A stretch of DNA of 64,000 nucleotides. Origin: Vermamoeba vermiformis. Taxonomy: Eukaryota. Under the pieces are notes generated by a model. That model was not told where the DNA came from. It was given only the letters and a program-made list of their open reading frames with translations, and made no database searches. Numbering within the stretch: position 1 is the stretch's first letter; every line of letters starts with the position of its first letter. A program made the translations under genes and the position numbers. Positions 12,941-26,730 of this stretch are shown piece after piece. The stretch lies in NCBI GenBank assembly GCA_045837725.1, contig JBEWZL010000056.1:372001-436000 (forward strand), written 5' to 3'.

Positions 12941-15743
12941 ATGAAACTGATCGTGGTATTCTTTGCCATACTATGTTCCGTGTGTGCTGTTGGTGCCACT
13001 ACATTTACGGATGTTGTTGTGCGTGAGATAACTTATTCGACAGCAACAATTCAATGGAATTTAGATCCAGCTAATGGCAAGCCATATTTTAATATATATT
13101 AATTATGATATCGATATTGTAATTAATATAGTAATAGGAGTATTAATTAAATATGGCACGGATGCGTCCTACGGCAAAACAATGAGCCCATTGGAGGGTG
13201 GTCCTGTTACTAACGCAATATATTATATTAGTGGATTATTGCCAGCGACAGAATACCATTTTGCTGTCTGTGCTGGCTCAGAAGCAGATTGCTCTGGAGA
13301 CTACTCATTCCAAACGCTGCCTGCTCCAGATCAAACGCCTCAACCACCCAATCTCCCTCGACAGCATGAAGATTCGTCGTTATTCCCTTTCCCTAGGTAC
13401 GAACTATTAATTTTTCAAGTTGCCTAATAAATTTCTTAAGGGTGCCAGCCATTGATGGCAACACTTTCACAGTGAATGAAGACTGCTCTAATTTGCAAGA
13501 ACTATTGGTCACTGCAGCTGCTATCGAGGGCCCGCTCAATCACGAGATTGTCATCCCTGCCACGGTGGATTGCAGTCACATTGGGCTCGAGAATGAGTAC
13601 CATGCGTGGATCTTGCCAGCACGCAGCGAGAGCAGCACAGGCGAGATTGTGATTAGAACATCTGATGTCGAGTTCTTGCCGCCTCAAGGATCACGTGTCA
13701 CACCTGAGTACCGTGCGCACATGCCCACTATTAGAGCCAATGCGTGGGGTTTGGGTGATTTGTACTCTACTGAATGCGTTGTCGGTAATGTACAGAGTGT
13801 CTTATTCACATGAGATCTAACGCGTGCCAGGCAAGTACTGGTGGTCATTCTTGGACATTAATGATGGCAAGTGGGGGCTCAAGCGATGCGTGGCTGTCAA
13901 TCCCGATACTTGGGAGACTGTGCCGCACACTGACTTTGACACAGTGGCACCAAGCACGTGCACCCCTGACAGCTGGTACTACAATACTAGTGCTACAGCG
14001 CCGTCTCGTGGTGTGTTCTATTGTTCGCCCAATGGTCGGCTCTATCCAATGCGCATGTCAAATATTCAAAGCTTTGCAGCAATTGAAGGTGCGCACCATT
14101 ATCGACTGTTAGGTCTGCACTTCAATGTTGTGTCCTTCCCTAACCCGCCGCCTGACTACTGGAGCCCGGCCTTCGCGACACCAGGTGTGTATTACAAGGG
14201 CTGGTGGTACTTGTATGCCACATCGCATCACATCACCTTCGATCGCTGTCTGTTCATTGGCGGTGAGTATCCAATGCGCATTCAATCGGGGGTCTATGGC
14301 CAGTCAGACTACTTGGCAGTGCTCGACAGCTGGTTTGAAAATGTCACTTATTGGCTGTCGAATGTTGACGCTTATGGCTGCAACCCTTGTACTTCAAGTG
14401 GCATTCAGGTGACGGGAGGGTCATTCGTGAAGATAATCAACAATTATATTGATACGACTGGTATTAACTTGTTCGCCTCGGATGATGCGGATCAAATGAC
14501 CTCGGATGTGGAAGTACTTCGCAATCATTTTAGACGACAAGAGAAATATCGTCTTGGTTCGCAAGAGAACGCTGACTTCAATGGCAAATATTATCAATCG
14601 CGTCACTTGATTGAGATGAAGCGAGGCACGCGATGGTTGATTGAAGGCAACGTGTTTGATCACAACTTCCTCGCACTGAATCAAGGTGGTGCCGTGGTGT
14701 TGAGCAATCGTGTAGCTACCAACACGAGCTTCAGCTTGAGTGACATCTCAGTCGTCAGCAATCACTTCATGCACGTGCCTCAAGCATTTGTTGTCACTGG
14801 TCACAATCCTGGCGCTTATAATCAATATCGGCCTGGTCAGCGCTTTGAATTCTCCAACAATCTCGTGCACAATGTCAGTGCTGCTCAAGTGGCAGCTGGT
14901 GCGCCCTTGGCAAGCAAAGGATTCGCAGTGCTCGTGCAAATGGGTATCGAGGACTTGACATTCACGCACAACACTATTGTGGACATTGAGCCCCCAGGCT
15001 ACTGGCCTGCCGTGTTTTGGTTCTCAGACGGTCCTTCAGCAGGTTTGTTAATGCGCGACAACATCATGGAACTGCGTTGGGGTGATGGGTACGGTGGAAT
15101 TGTTGCACCTGGTTTTGTTGAAGGGACTGCCTCGTTCAATGGTTATTTCTCGAACTGGCACTGTGACAACAATGTGTTCGTTAATATAGCACAACGAGAC
15201 AAGGCTAATTATCCGAGTGACAACTACTGGGTCAATGACACCTCGGAACTGACGTTTGACACCAGCTACAAGATGTCAAGCAACAGTCTCTTCAGCGAAG
15301 GAGCACCAGTGACAGCGGTGTCAGGTCCTGCATCGGATGGCACTGACATTGGTGTCAATCACAAGAGATTGCGATTGGCCCTGGGCTACATTGAAGACAG
15401 CATTCAAGTCGCGCTTGACAGCACTCAGTTCAGCGTGTCATTCACCGCACCAGATACCACTACTCCGTGCTACATTGACGTGGCTGCCGACGCGTCGTTC
15501 ACGTCGTTTGTGCGTACCGAAGGCAGTGTCAAGGACAACACACGACAACTGACAGCTGTTGGACTGCAACCAGCGACTAATTACTACTATCGTGTGTGGT
15601 GCTTTCATGGCTATTCCGGTCAAGCTAAAACAACAGCTTCATCGCTGGTACCTGGGCCGCGTCCAACTTCAAGCAGAGGCGTTTCAAGCTTGAGTTCACC
15701 TCTCGTTCTAATCATTTGCGTTGCTTTAAGGTGGCTACTGTAA
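12941..15743 (+). CDS. Secreted/cell-surface protein: signal peptide, FN3, right-handed beta-helix (pectin-lyase-like), FN3, GPI/TM tail
   Basis: Signal MKLIVVFFAILCSVCAVGA. FN3 signatures ISGLLPATEYHFAV and GLQPATNYYYRV. Parallel beta-helix repeats (VKIINNYI, VEVLRNHF, LIEGNVF, FEFSNNLV, LTFTHNTI). Ser/Thr linker and hydrophobic C-terminus. The first intron (13077-13131) is GC-AG. Confidence 0.8.
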
Positions 15744-16117
15744 TATACTGATATAAAAAAGTTTATTTTACTTCAGTCGTTTTCGACCGTTGGTGAATTC
15801 TGCCCGACATTTTGTCGGTCCGGTGTCGAGCTCAACAAATCGTCTTACACGTTGCACTCTTCGTGGATCAGCTCTTGTAGATAACAACAATTGTATTGTG
15901 TTTAAATATTTATATTTATTTGTATTTTTAAACAAGGAGCCGTCGTCTTGGGTAAGCAGAGAAAAAACAAGAGACAGATTGAACGAGAAAAATAATCAAA
16001 AGTATATTACGTGCGAACTCATAGAAGCAATTAGACAATTGTCGCGGATTATTGGCATAGAGTGAAATATTAATATTCAAAATTTTCAGCCTTGGATGAC
16101 CGGAAGAAAACTGCGAA

Positions 16118-19100
16118 ATGCTTACAGAACTAGTAGATAAAGTATACGAGTTCAATTTATATCTCGCGAAGCTCCAAAAGAATGATCCGTCAGTTGATCA
16201 GCTCTCTTTTCGGATGGATTTCGTCCTTCAAGGCAATGATAATTGGCAGCAGAAAATAGCAAATGCACTCAAAGATAACACAAACGTAACCAGCTTAGAT
16301 TTGAGCAGGTAAGAATCGATCTATATGGTATTTTGATTAAATTGCATTTATTGAAATTACCGCCCGATTCAACTTGGGAGTACTAAATAATGAATTGTCA
16401 CAATTAAATGATGCATGGGCATATCGGACGTCATAGTAAAATTATTAGTGATTTCAGTGCCTATTTCGTGACACGAGACCAGATCAATAAAAATTCACCA
16501 AACCGTTGCAATTTTTTCAAGTCTCGCTTGGACTTGAACTAGCCATATGCAATATTATGGCCATATCGATATTAGTGATTTCACCGGAGTTTAGGCATTA
16601 TTATCGTACTAATAACTTGGTATATTTTTCAGAAATCCTAGCTTTGGCGATGAGGGGGCTAAAGAACTGACGCATGTGCTGCGCGATAACAAATACATCA
16701 CGAAAGTCAACTTGAGCGCGACGAAATTAGGCCACGAAGGCTGCGAGGCCTTGGCTGAAGCGTTGCGGACTAATGAAGCGATAACAGAGCTCAATATAAG
16801 TGAAAATCCCGGTACGTTAACTGCAGACTTGTTTATTTGCATTACACACTATAGCGTTAAATTGTGCCACATCCCAAGTGTGACACACACATCCGGACTC
16901 AGACTGTTGGTCTTAACTTCCCTCTTCTGATGAATATATTGCTTCGTAGATATGAAAGATGGATTGGACGCATTGTTGGACTCGTTAAAGTATAATAGGA
17001 CACTACGGACGCTCGATCTGTCCGGAGATCAGATCGGACCAAACAAAGTACGTGATATCGAAACATGGGATCAATTGACACGATTTTACGAGCTTATTCA
17101 TGAATTGATTCATTTCCGGAAATAGCACCATCCAGAAATAGCGCGGTGCACAAAACTTATTGTGCCACACATTTTGCTTTTATTTCCATATTTGTTGTGT
17201 TTCTAATAATACTTATCACAACTATCAATAGGTTGAAAAATTTGGAGCAGCTTTGCATGCCAATACAACACTACTCGAACTCAATCTTTCAAATAATGTT
17301 CTGAAAAGTGAGGGTGCAGAGGACTTTTTTGCCGTGCTGCGGTCACCAAATGTGCATTTGAAACACTTGGATGTGTCGCAGAACGAACTCGAGCCTGATT
17401 GCGTGAGTGCTGTTGCATCCGCTATTCGCGCTAATTCATCGCTCGAGTCGCTATCTATGCGTGGCAATCCAATTGGACATTGCTTAGCACCAATCATTAA
17501 GGCATTATCAAAGAATGGAACATTAAAGTAAGTTTATATCATTTAAATGGTTGTACATCGCGAAATTATTCCTAATTAGTACATGACGATTCCAAACACA
17601 ATCTTCCTCTGTTTTAATTTCTAATGAACCAAATGAACAGGAAACTAGACTTGAGCAGTACGGGTATTGGCCGCAAGGGCGAGTCCGAGTTTGCTCAGCT
17701 TTTGGAGAATCTAAAATTGCGTGCCCGAGACGCGAGTCGCGTCCAAGTGCTGGATGACTCGGAACCGGGCCAGCAATCACCAACCAACGTGCCTGATGAT
17801 AGTACATTGCAGAGTGGCGATGAGCGCAAACACGATAAGAAGCGCAAGAGCAGCAAACGGCGGATAGTGCAACAAGAAGATGACGACAACAGTTACAACA
17901 GTCACAATAGCGGCAAGAGCACGAGCAGCATGACTGATTTGCACATCTCCAAAGACAATAGATGTGCACTAGAAGAGCTTATATTAGCAAGAAACAATAT
18001 TGAGGGAATGCGATTGATTAGTGTAAGTTTCCAAATATGGAAATTATTGCAATATTCGGAATTTATACTAATCCAAAATAGGCTTTGAAAACAAATGAAA
18101 CGCTCACTGCGTTGAGTCTGGCGAGCAATCCACTATCACAAGACTCTTTTGATGCATTGTTGCAGTACGTATTAACTAAATTCCTTAAACGTATCACAAC
18201 TCATTCATTGTGTAGTCTCCTCCAAACGAGTCCTTATTTGAACTCGGTGGATTTGAGCGAAGTTGCACTGATCGGTGACAAAGAAGCCGTTCAGTTCGCA
18301 GACATGTTGAAGAACGAAGCGGTGACTATTTCAGGTCTCAGTCTGGCACGCACTCGCATTGAAGAGCGCGGCAGTCACACGCTGTTAGAGGCTGTGAAGA
18401 AGAACAAGACACTTATTTCACTCAACTTGAAGGGAGTGCGCATCAGTACCGAGGACCTCAAAGACATTACAAATTGGTTCGTGACTAGTCCCACGATGTT
18501 TATATTAGAAGTCGATCAAGATGACAAAAAAGGACTGTTACGAACAAAGAATTTGGAGCACTTGGGCTTGTCACGATTCCCTCCAGCCTTATTTAAGATG
18601 ACCAACTTGCAGCGACTGAACATCAGCAACAATCAAATCGTTGAAATTCCCGATGACATTGCACATTTGAAAGAACTCCGCGAACTCGATGTCAGCAACA
18701 ATAGATTGGTCGCACTACCTCCGGCACTAGGACAGTTGAAAGACACGCTCAAGTCACTGAGATTTCATAATAACCCGTTGAAAACTCCGCCAAGAGACAT
18801 TATTCACAAACCTGTGAAAATTATTTTGGGCTACTTGAAGGATCTTCAGGGCGGTTTTGAAGACATTTATCGTGTAAAAATGATGGTCGTTGGCCAAGAA
18901 AATGTCGGCAAAACAACTTTGTTGAAACTGCTCTCCAAGAAAGCACGAAAGAAGTATGTAACTCAATTTAACACTATTGCCAACATCGAATACTGACCAA
19001 TGTTTAGAATGCCTAAGAAACCTCGCGAAGAAGAGAAAGAGAACAAATCGAAGCCCATTGCCATGTTGCACAGCAAGAAAGGGCTTCGGAAATATCTGAG

Positions 19101-22100
19101 TACTGACGGCATTGATATCTCTGACGTGTAAGTTTGACGATAACTTCATGCGTGTTCATGTGTTAAAATATGCTATTGGACAGTACGTTAGAAGTCACGT
19201 TTGATGAAGACGGCAAAAAGGTCAAGAAGCCCGTGACAGTATCGACATGGGACTTTGCAGGCCAAGAGATCTACTACACAACACACGAGTTTTTTCTCTC
19301 GGATCATTCAGTGTTTCTACTTGTGTGGGATTTATCCAAGGACGAACAAGACAGTCGCGTGGCATTTTGGTTGAACTCAATTCACTCACGCGCCCCCAAT
19401 GCGCCGATCATACTCGTTGGCACTCATTTAGACGATCCTGTCTGTTTGCAAGAAGGCTACGTCGAGAACGTATTGAAGAAGTTAAAAGAAAAATACAAGC
19501 CTCGATTCCCGATGCTCAAACACGCCTTCGCTGTTAGTTGTGCGTGGAGCAATGCTGACGGCATGATTGCACTATTAGAGTCCATTCGAGTAACGATATC
19601 TGAAATGTCTATCATGGGCCAGTCTATTCCCAAGACGTAAGTGAGGTTGCTTTCATGACTTTGCAAACTAATCGTATCACAGGTACTTGGCTCTTGAGAA
19701 CGTGATTCGCGAAGAAAAACGCGTGTGTAATCCACCGTACAAAAGCTGGAAGACCTTCACGCAGATGGCATCTCTATGTAATATAAAAGGCGACGAGCTG
19801 AAACGCTGCGCAGAAGTACTTCACGCGATGGGTTCTATCGTGTGGTTTGACGACCCCAAACTTGGCCTCAACGACTTGGTCATTTTGGATTGTAAATATT
19901 TGACGAACATCTTTGCGACTATCATCACGACGAAACACAACTACATCAAGGACGGAATTTTGCCTCACTCTGTCTTGCGCGTAAGTTTTAAATCATTCAT
20001 CTTACTCGGCGTGCACTGACAGACTTACAGCACATTTGGAAACCTCCTCAATACCCCTTGGAAATTCACACTCAACTGCTGCAGTTACTCGAAAAGTTTG
20101 AAATCGCTTACCGGTTAGACCAGTCCAGTCTGCGAGGGCGAAGTTCAAGTTTCTCATTAGATGTGCCAGCAAAAGCACACTTCGCTCCTGGAGATCTCGA
20201 GTTCAGTCTAGTGCCCAGTCTGCTGCCGATTGAACGACCGAACATTGACGTTCTGTGGCGAAAGTACGACTTGTCTCAAGTGCAGTACGATCGTATCTAC
20301 GAGTTTGAATTCTTGCCCAAAGCGCTGTTCTCACGTCTTATGGTCCGATTGTTGTACTACGCCGACAAGATCCACAAGTACTGGCGCAAAGGACTCGTGG
20401 CCTCAGCTGACGACACGCTGTTCTTGCTCGAAATGTTCCCGACTAAGAACAGAATTCAAGTCACTGTGCGTGGAGGAAAGAACCCTGGTGCAGTGTTGAA
20501 GGACCTAATAGAAACCATTGAAGGCTTTATTGTTCTTACGAACTGGTGGCAGATCAATGTCACTCGTAAGATCACGTGTCCTCACTGCCTTCAAGAACTT
20601 GCCAGCCTCTACAACCCGCAAGAAAGTGACAGCGAGAGTGAATCAGTCTCGACGGTGTCACGGTCACTGAGAACTAGCTTTGACGAGTACTCATCGAAAG
20701 CGACCTTGCATCGATTCGATCGCAAGCAGAAAGAAAAAGAAAAGAAGAAGAGCAAGAACAAGCATAAGAAGCTCCCCAAGAAGACTAAACAACAGCGCCA
20801 CTCTATTTCTGTTACCGAGAATAGCAGCCAAGAACTTATCACAGCTTCTATCTCGAACTCCAATCCCGAGTTGTTCGAACCAACAGTGTTTGAACTGGCG
20901 GAATGTGAACGAGCAGCATCAGCTGGTGTTTGGTTCTTGCGCTGTCACGGCATTCACCCTGTGCGATTAGACGCTCTCGCACCGGACATTACCTTGTCAG
21001 ATCACGAGCGATTCAAAATTCCCTACGATGAATTGCACCTCGGCGAAGAGATTGGTACTGGTACTTATGGTAACATCAAGAAAGCCGAGTGGCAAGGCCA
21101 AATCGTTGCCGTGAAACAATTGAAGCGCGAAGAGGAAGGTCCAGGAGAGCGCGAGAAGGTGTTCAACGACTTCAGGCGCGAAGTGTGGATTATGAGCGGC
21201 ATCAAGCACCCTAATGTCGTCAATTTGATTGGCTTCTGTTTGCAGCCGCAGTTCTGTTTGATCATGGAGTTCTTGCCGTACGGTGATCTCTACTCGTTCA
21301 TTCACAACAAAGAACAAGTTCTCGATATGCCACGAGTGCTCAAGATTGCATTGGACATTGCATGTGGCATGCGACATCTACACTCTGCCACACCGCCATT
21401 CGTGCACCGTGATCTTAAGTCACCCAATATTTTGGTAAGTACATAGGCACGAAAGATGAAAACAATTATTAATTCTCTTGTAGATGGTGGACAGTGATCC
21501 TATGAAGCCTGTTATGGCGAAGGTCGGTGACTTCGGCCTCAGTTCGCGCATGTTTGTTCCTTACCTGCGCGAGACTATGCGCCATCGTCTCGTTGAAAAT
21601 CCAACGTGGTTAGCTCCGGAAATTACACGTGAGGAAGAATTCAACGAGAAATCTGACATCTACGCGTACGGCATCATCTTGTGGGAACTCTTGACGCGCA
21701 AACATCCTTTCGAAGATTGGGGCTTCAACTTCATGTTCGAGTTGGAAGACGCGGTCAAACTTGAGAAGAAACGACCTGACATTCCTTCTGATTGCCCTGA
21801 TGTGTTGTCCAAGCTAGTGCGTGACTGCTGGGAGGACGATCCAACTTTGCGCCCCTCGTTCACTGACATTATGGAGCTGTTGATCACCCTCGTCAAAGAG
21901 AAGTGCGCAAACAAGGTGACAATACCGCCAACTTACTACGTTGGCACGCGCTGGGAGAGTGGTACGTAATGTAAAGTGACCGCAAGGAATGCTGCTAACA
22001 ATTGGGGTAGAATTTGTGACTGAAGATGTGCATCGCACGCTTTCAACTACTCACGACAGTGCGCGAAGACGTGTGTCACGCACTAACTTGCAGTACAGCA

Positions 22101-23906
22101 ATAACAACATGGAGGACAATGAGTTTGGTAAGCCTCTATCTCTTTATTCACGCGACTGGTACTAACCACTAGCAGACCCTTCTCCTGCCTCACTCAAGCT
22201 GCAAGGCCGTTTCTTCAAGAAGCTGAAATGGTACAACCCTGACGTGGAGATTGTTGAGCTGCTGTCAGTGCCGGAGAACCAGATCTGGGCAGGTGGAAGT
22301 GACGGCTCCGTATCAATTTGGAACTCACTGAGCGGTGAACTTGTCGATCGTAACTACAACGTGCATCGCAACAGTCCAATCACGGCTATGATTACGATTG
22401 GCCAAGGCACAGTTGTTCCTCCAACGTCAATGACCCAGTTGACGCGTCACGCATCGAACACGCAAGTGACGACGCACAACACAGGTGTCTGCGTGTGGAC
22501 GTGTGGACAGCACGATGACAAGATCAATGTCTGGGCGGTACGACCACTCGAGCAACAGACCAATCTGTTGGTTACTTCGCAAAACATGATTGCTATGTTG
22601 TTCGTGAAGGTTGATGGTGCGAACAAGGACAAGTCGTGGAGACAACGCATCTGTCAGATCAAGGACAGACAGCTGCTGGTTCATGAGGCTGACAAGTTGT
22701 TACACGTACTTGAATTGGAGGGCAACAATCACGGTGTCGCTGATCCCTTCGCGCACGGTGAGAATTGCTTCTACTTGGACTCACCTGAACCAGCACGTTA
22801 TTACTTCCAAGTTCCGCATCAGGACAGCTTCCAGGACTGGCTCATGGTCTTGAAGGCCTGGCAAAAACCAACGTCGCTGGATGGCAACATGATCCGCCTA
22901 GCTTCCATTCAGAACACGCACACTGTCGGTCTTACATGCTTAGTGGAAGTGAGCGGACAAGTCTGGTCTGGTGACACGCGCGGCAACATCTGTGTCTGGG
23001 ATGTGAAGGTAAGTGCACATCATTGCTGACATCTGCTTCTAGAACGCTAACACTTTATTGTAGGAGCGACGGTTGCTGAAGCGATTGAAGTTGTTCCGTG
23101 AGGGTGAAGCAGACGTTCCATCATCCACCAAAGTCAGAACGATGCTGTACGCCAACATGTTCGTGTGGGTGGCTATCGAGAACTACTTGTATTGCATTGA
23201 CCCGATCCGCTATTCAATGGTCTCTACAGTCGTCATGCCGAGTGGTATCAACTGCATGATTGGCGTGAAGTTGGCAACCGGAAAGAAGCTGTGGGTAGCT
23301 CTCCAAGACAGCACGATCAAAGTGTTCGACATTGAAGAAGGGCTCAAGGAATATCGTCGCAAATACTCGATTGCCTCTGCTTCCACACCAATCATTGAAG
23401 TGCACGACGAATCGAAGCGCATGACAACACGTCTGGCCCTGGTCGACAAACACGGTGAAGAGAGCAGTCCTTCATTTGAGCACAAGGGCAACAACACCAA
23501 TCACAACAATGCGGGCAGTGACGCAGATGTGACGCCAGTGCGAAAGACATCACGCAAGCACCGTGAGATCGAGTCCAAACAACTGCGACGTCATCAACGC
23601 GCAGAGTTCCCGTGCATTAAGACAATGGGCCCTATTCCACTCATGGGCGTGCAAGACTTTGTAAATATTCAATCCAACTGGATCTGGTCTGCTGGTGACG
23701 ACGGAGTAATTCGCATTTGGAACGCATCGGTAAGTCTTTTGTCTATTCAGACTCAAGCATTTCATAGTCTAATCTCTGTATTGTAGACGTATGAAATGTT
23801 TGCTGTATTGGAGAAGAAGCACGATGGACCTATTACGATGATGATTCTTTGGGGCACAACTGTGTGGTCAGCGAGCAAAGGAGGCACGATCTGCATCTGG
23901 ACTTAA
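16118..23906 (+). CDS. Roco-family kinase: RNI-like LRR, LRR, Roc GTPase, COR, TKL kinase, WD40-like propeller with PH-like insertion
   Basis: Roc motifs GQENVGKTTL, STDGIDI, WDFAGQEIYYTTHEFFLS, LVGTHLD. COR LHAMGSIVWFDD and LFSRLMVRL. Kinase GTGTYG, VAVKQL, HRDLKSPNIL, DFGLS, WLAPE. WD-like C-terminus VWSGDTRGNICVWD and IWSAGDDGVIRIWN. Confidence 0.93.
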
Positions 23907-24121
23907 CCAAACTGTACTATTATTGCGATTCTTGTTCTGAAATCATAAATAATGTAAATATGCAACTACTAGTGGCTGGTCTTTTTATTTCAGTCTTGGT
24001 TGTCACAATCGTCACGTGGTTCAGCACGATGTGAGTAGTTTTTGCGAGTCTATTAACTCGAGGTAATAAGTAGATCTACAACACATCTATTGGTCTTAAA
24101 GTGATCAGTTCCTTAACAACT

Positions 24122-26588
24122 ATGGAGACCAAGTAGGTTCAGACCTATCACAAATATTCGTAAATTACGATTCAATTTTGAATTAAACAGCAGCTTCAAT
24201 TTTTACGATTATATTTTACCAAGTATATTTCAATCTAAACGGTTTAGTCGAATGCGATTAATGATTTTAATTTTTAATTTTTCAATTTTGTAGAGATCAA
24301 TCCCAGAACACTTCTGAGGAGGGCCAAAAATTGCAAAATATTGCTCAAAATAATGGGTCGGAAAATACAGTTGTATTAGAGCCGTCTAACGAAAAGAAGG
24401 AAAATGAGCAGAAATCCGCTACCGACACGACAGTTGAGAGTCCACAGAAATCGATTATGACTCCTAGTGAAGTCGTTGAAGCAACAAACGCGAATTCATC
24501 AAAAAAACTACTTTCAAATCGTCAGATCGCGAGCGTCATTGTCGAGATACTTAAAGATCATGGAGGATCGCTACCATTGGAACATATTGCCGAGGAATTC
24601 GCTAAAAAGACTCAAATACCATTGATTATGCTGGTTAGAATTAAATTAAAGGTAAGGGTAATTATTTTTCAGAGTCCGATCTCACATTTTGCAACAGACC
24701 TTCTTAGAGCGATTTCGTGAATTTGATGTTACCCAAGGCGTGGTTAAATTAGCACAACCTAAAGTCAATGCCGATCCCGCTATAACTCAACGCAAAGCAG
24801 AGCTCGTGGAGTGTTTGAAAAAATACCTCATGTCGTCAGATCCACCCATTCTGACGTTGAATTACATTAGCAAAATGTTCAAAGACGACAAGAAGATTCA
24901 CATTCGCGACTTTATCAAACAAAGCGTCAAAGTGTTTCTGAAAGGCGAAAGCGCAACATTTACAGTAATTGAAGGAGGAAACAACCGCGCAGCCGTCACG
25001 TTAGCGGAACTGGCACGTGACAAGCCTGACATGGTCACCGAGTTCATGAAGCGAATTACAGGCCCAGTGCGCGATGACGCCGACGACAAGGGCGATGGCA
25101 GCGATGAAATAGAGAACACTAATGCACCGTGGGACGAGCAACAACGTCACGCGTTTGACAGACTCTGCACGTGTGACATCAGCCGTAATTTTGATGTGAG
25201 AAATGTCGGCAAGAAAATCCTTAAAATTGGCGTTCAAGACGGGCACAGGTTCGTGCAAATATTGATGGAAAAGGCTTTGGAGAAACCTGCTCGTGCTCAT
25301 TTATTTGCAGCATTGTGCTCGTACTTGACAAAAGCCTTCCCAAGCGTAAGTAGAGGTTTAATACTTCGTTTGTTTGCTAAATTCTGCGATTCAGGAATTC
25401 AAAGCCAACTTGCTGGAAGCTGTGTGGCAAAACTTCAAGCGAGTTTTGGAGACCAGCAAAGAAGGAGAAGACGGACAGTGGTACGCGCTGTTCACGTTCA
25501 TCAAAGTACTGTTCAAGAAGAACTTCCTCAAAGCGACGACTGTGTTCAAAATAGTTGCACATTTGATCTATGCCGTGGAACATCCCAAGCCACATCACTT
25601 AGCTGTGCTATATCCGCTGTTTGACAGACAACCATTGCTCACTGAGCCGAAAATATTCGACGATTTGGCGCACACTCGTGGATCAGCAGTCGAATTTCAA
25701 CAGACCTTGCAACGCATCAGTGCTTTGGAAAAACTTTGCACGTTTAAACCAAATAACAACAATAATAATACAACCAAAGCCGAGGTAGAGAATACAGCTG
25801 ATGACGCAGAATCAGCTGACAACAAAGAAGTGAAGTCTGATGATGAAGAACAAGTGATTGACGAGAAGTCAGTGCCTCCTTCGACTCCGTTGTTAGACAG
25901 CGTGAACAACAATTTTGCTGCTGCGCCTTCATACCAAGGCACGGAATATCTATGGGTCAATACCCTAGTCTTATTCAAAGAGTTTGTCGAGGCCTTGAAT
26001 GGTCAACTGGTCCTCGCAGTCGACGCGCAGTTCAACAATGATGATTCTTTGGGTCTATTAACAGTAGGCACAGCTCAACGAGTATACATATTAGACATTA
26101 CATCCGGCGATGCAACTCTTGTTCAAGCCTTGTTTGGTCAATTGAAAACTACCTTTGAAGACGCGCGTGTCGTCAAAGTGATGCACGACAGCAGACCACT
26201 AGTGTCGCACTTGCAACTGACAAAAGGTGTTGCAATCAACAACATTTTTGACACGCAAATCAGTTACGAGCTGTTGAGACAAATGCAGCACGATAATCAG
26301 CACACAGAACAAGTCACACCTTACAGCGAGCCATTGGGCATGAATGGACTGTTTGAAAAGTTCTCGCTCGGCCCTAATGTCAACAAGACACTCATCTCGG
26401 TGCTCAATCGCTCTGAAAACACATTTTGGAATGTTAGACCGTTGAAGCTACCTGTTGTGGAGTATTTGGTCTTTAACGGCAAGAACTTGCTCAGCGCGTA
26501 CTTCAAGCTGATCCAGCAGTTAACGGTCGAATTCCATACCTCTATTTGGTTCATTAATCATGCTTATAGCAAACAATTGAAAAAATAA
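24122..26588 (+). CDS. Predicted RNA-binding protein: two winged-helix/LOTUS-like domains, MIF4G-like domain and a degenerate DEDDy 3'-5' exonuclease (EXD1/Egalitarian-like)
   Basis: ATG 24122 splices (GTAGGT..TAG 24293) in frame with ORFs 24331, 24689 and 25374. wHTH-like IVEILKDHGGSLPLEHIAEEFAKK..LKTFLERF. MIF4G-like LMEKALEKP..LFAALCSYL..FIKVLFKKNFL. Exonuclease VLAVDAQ, VKVMHDSR, NIFDTQI, WNVRPL..EYLVFN. Confidence 0.75.
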
Positions 26589-26730
26589 TGGACAGAGTGA
26601 ATGTTGCGTAATAAACTGTACAGCTTTTTTTTTCTTATTCGGGCATTTTATCAATTTTATTTGTTAACGCCGCTTCGCTGCGACCACGTCATTGTAAATC
26701 CCTCACAAAACTGAACAACATTAAATAACC

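Noticed and set aside
25752-25770. AAT/AAC repeat
   Set aside because: It is a short poly-Asn linker within a coding exon, not an independent element.
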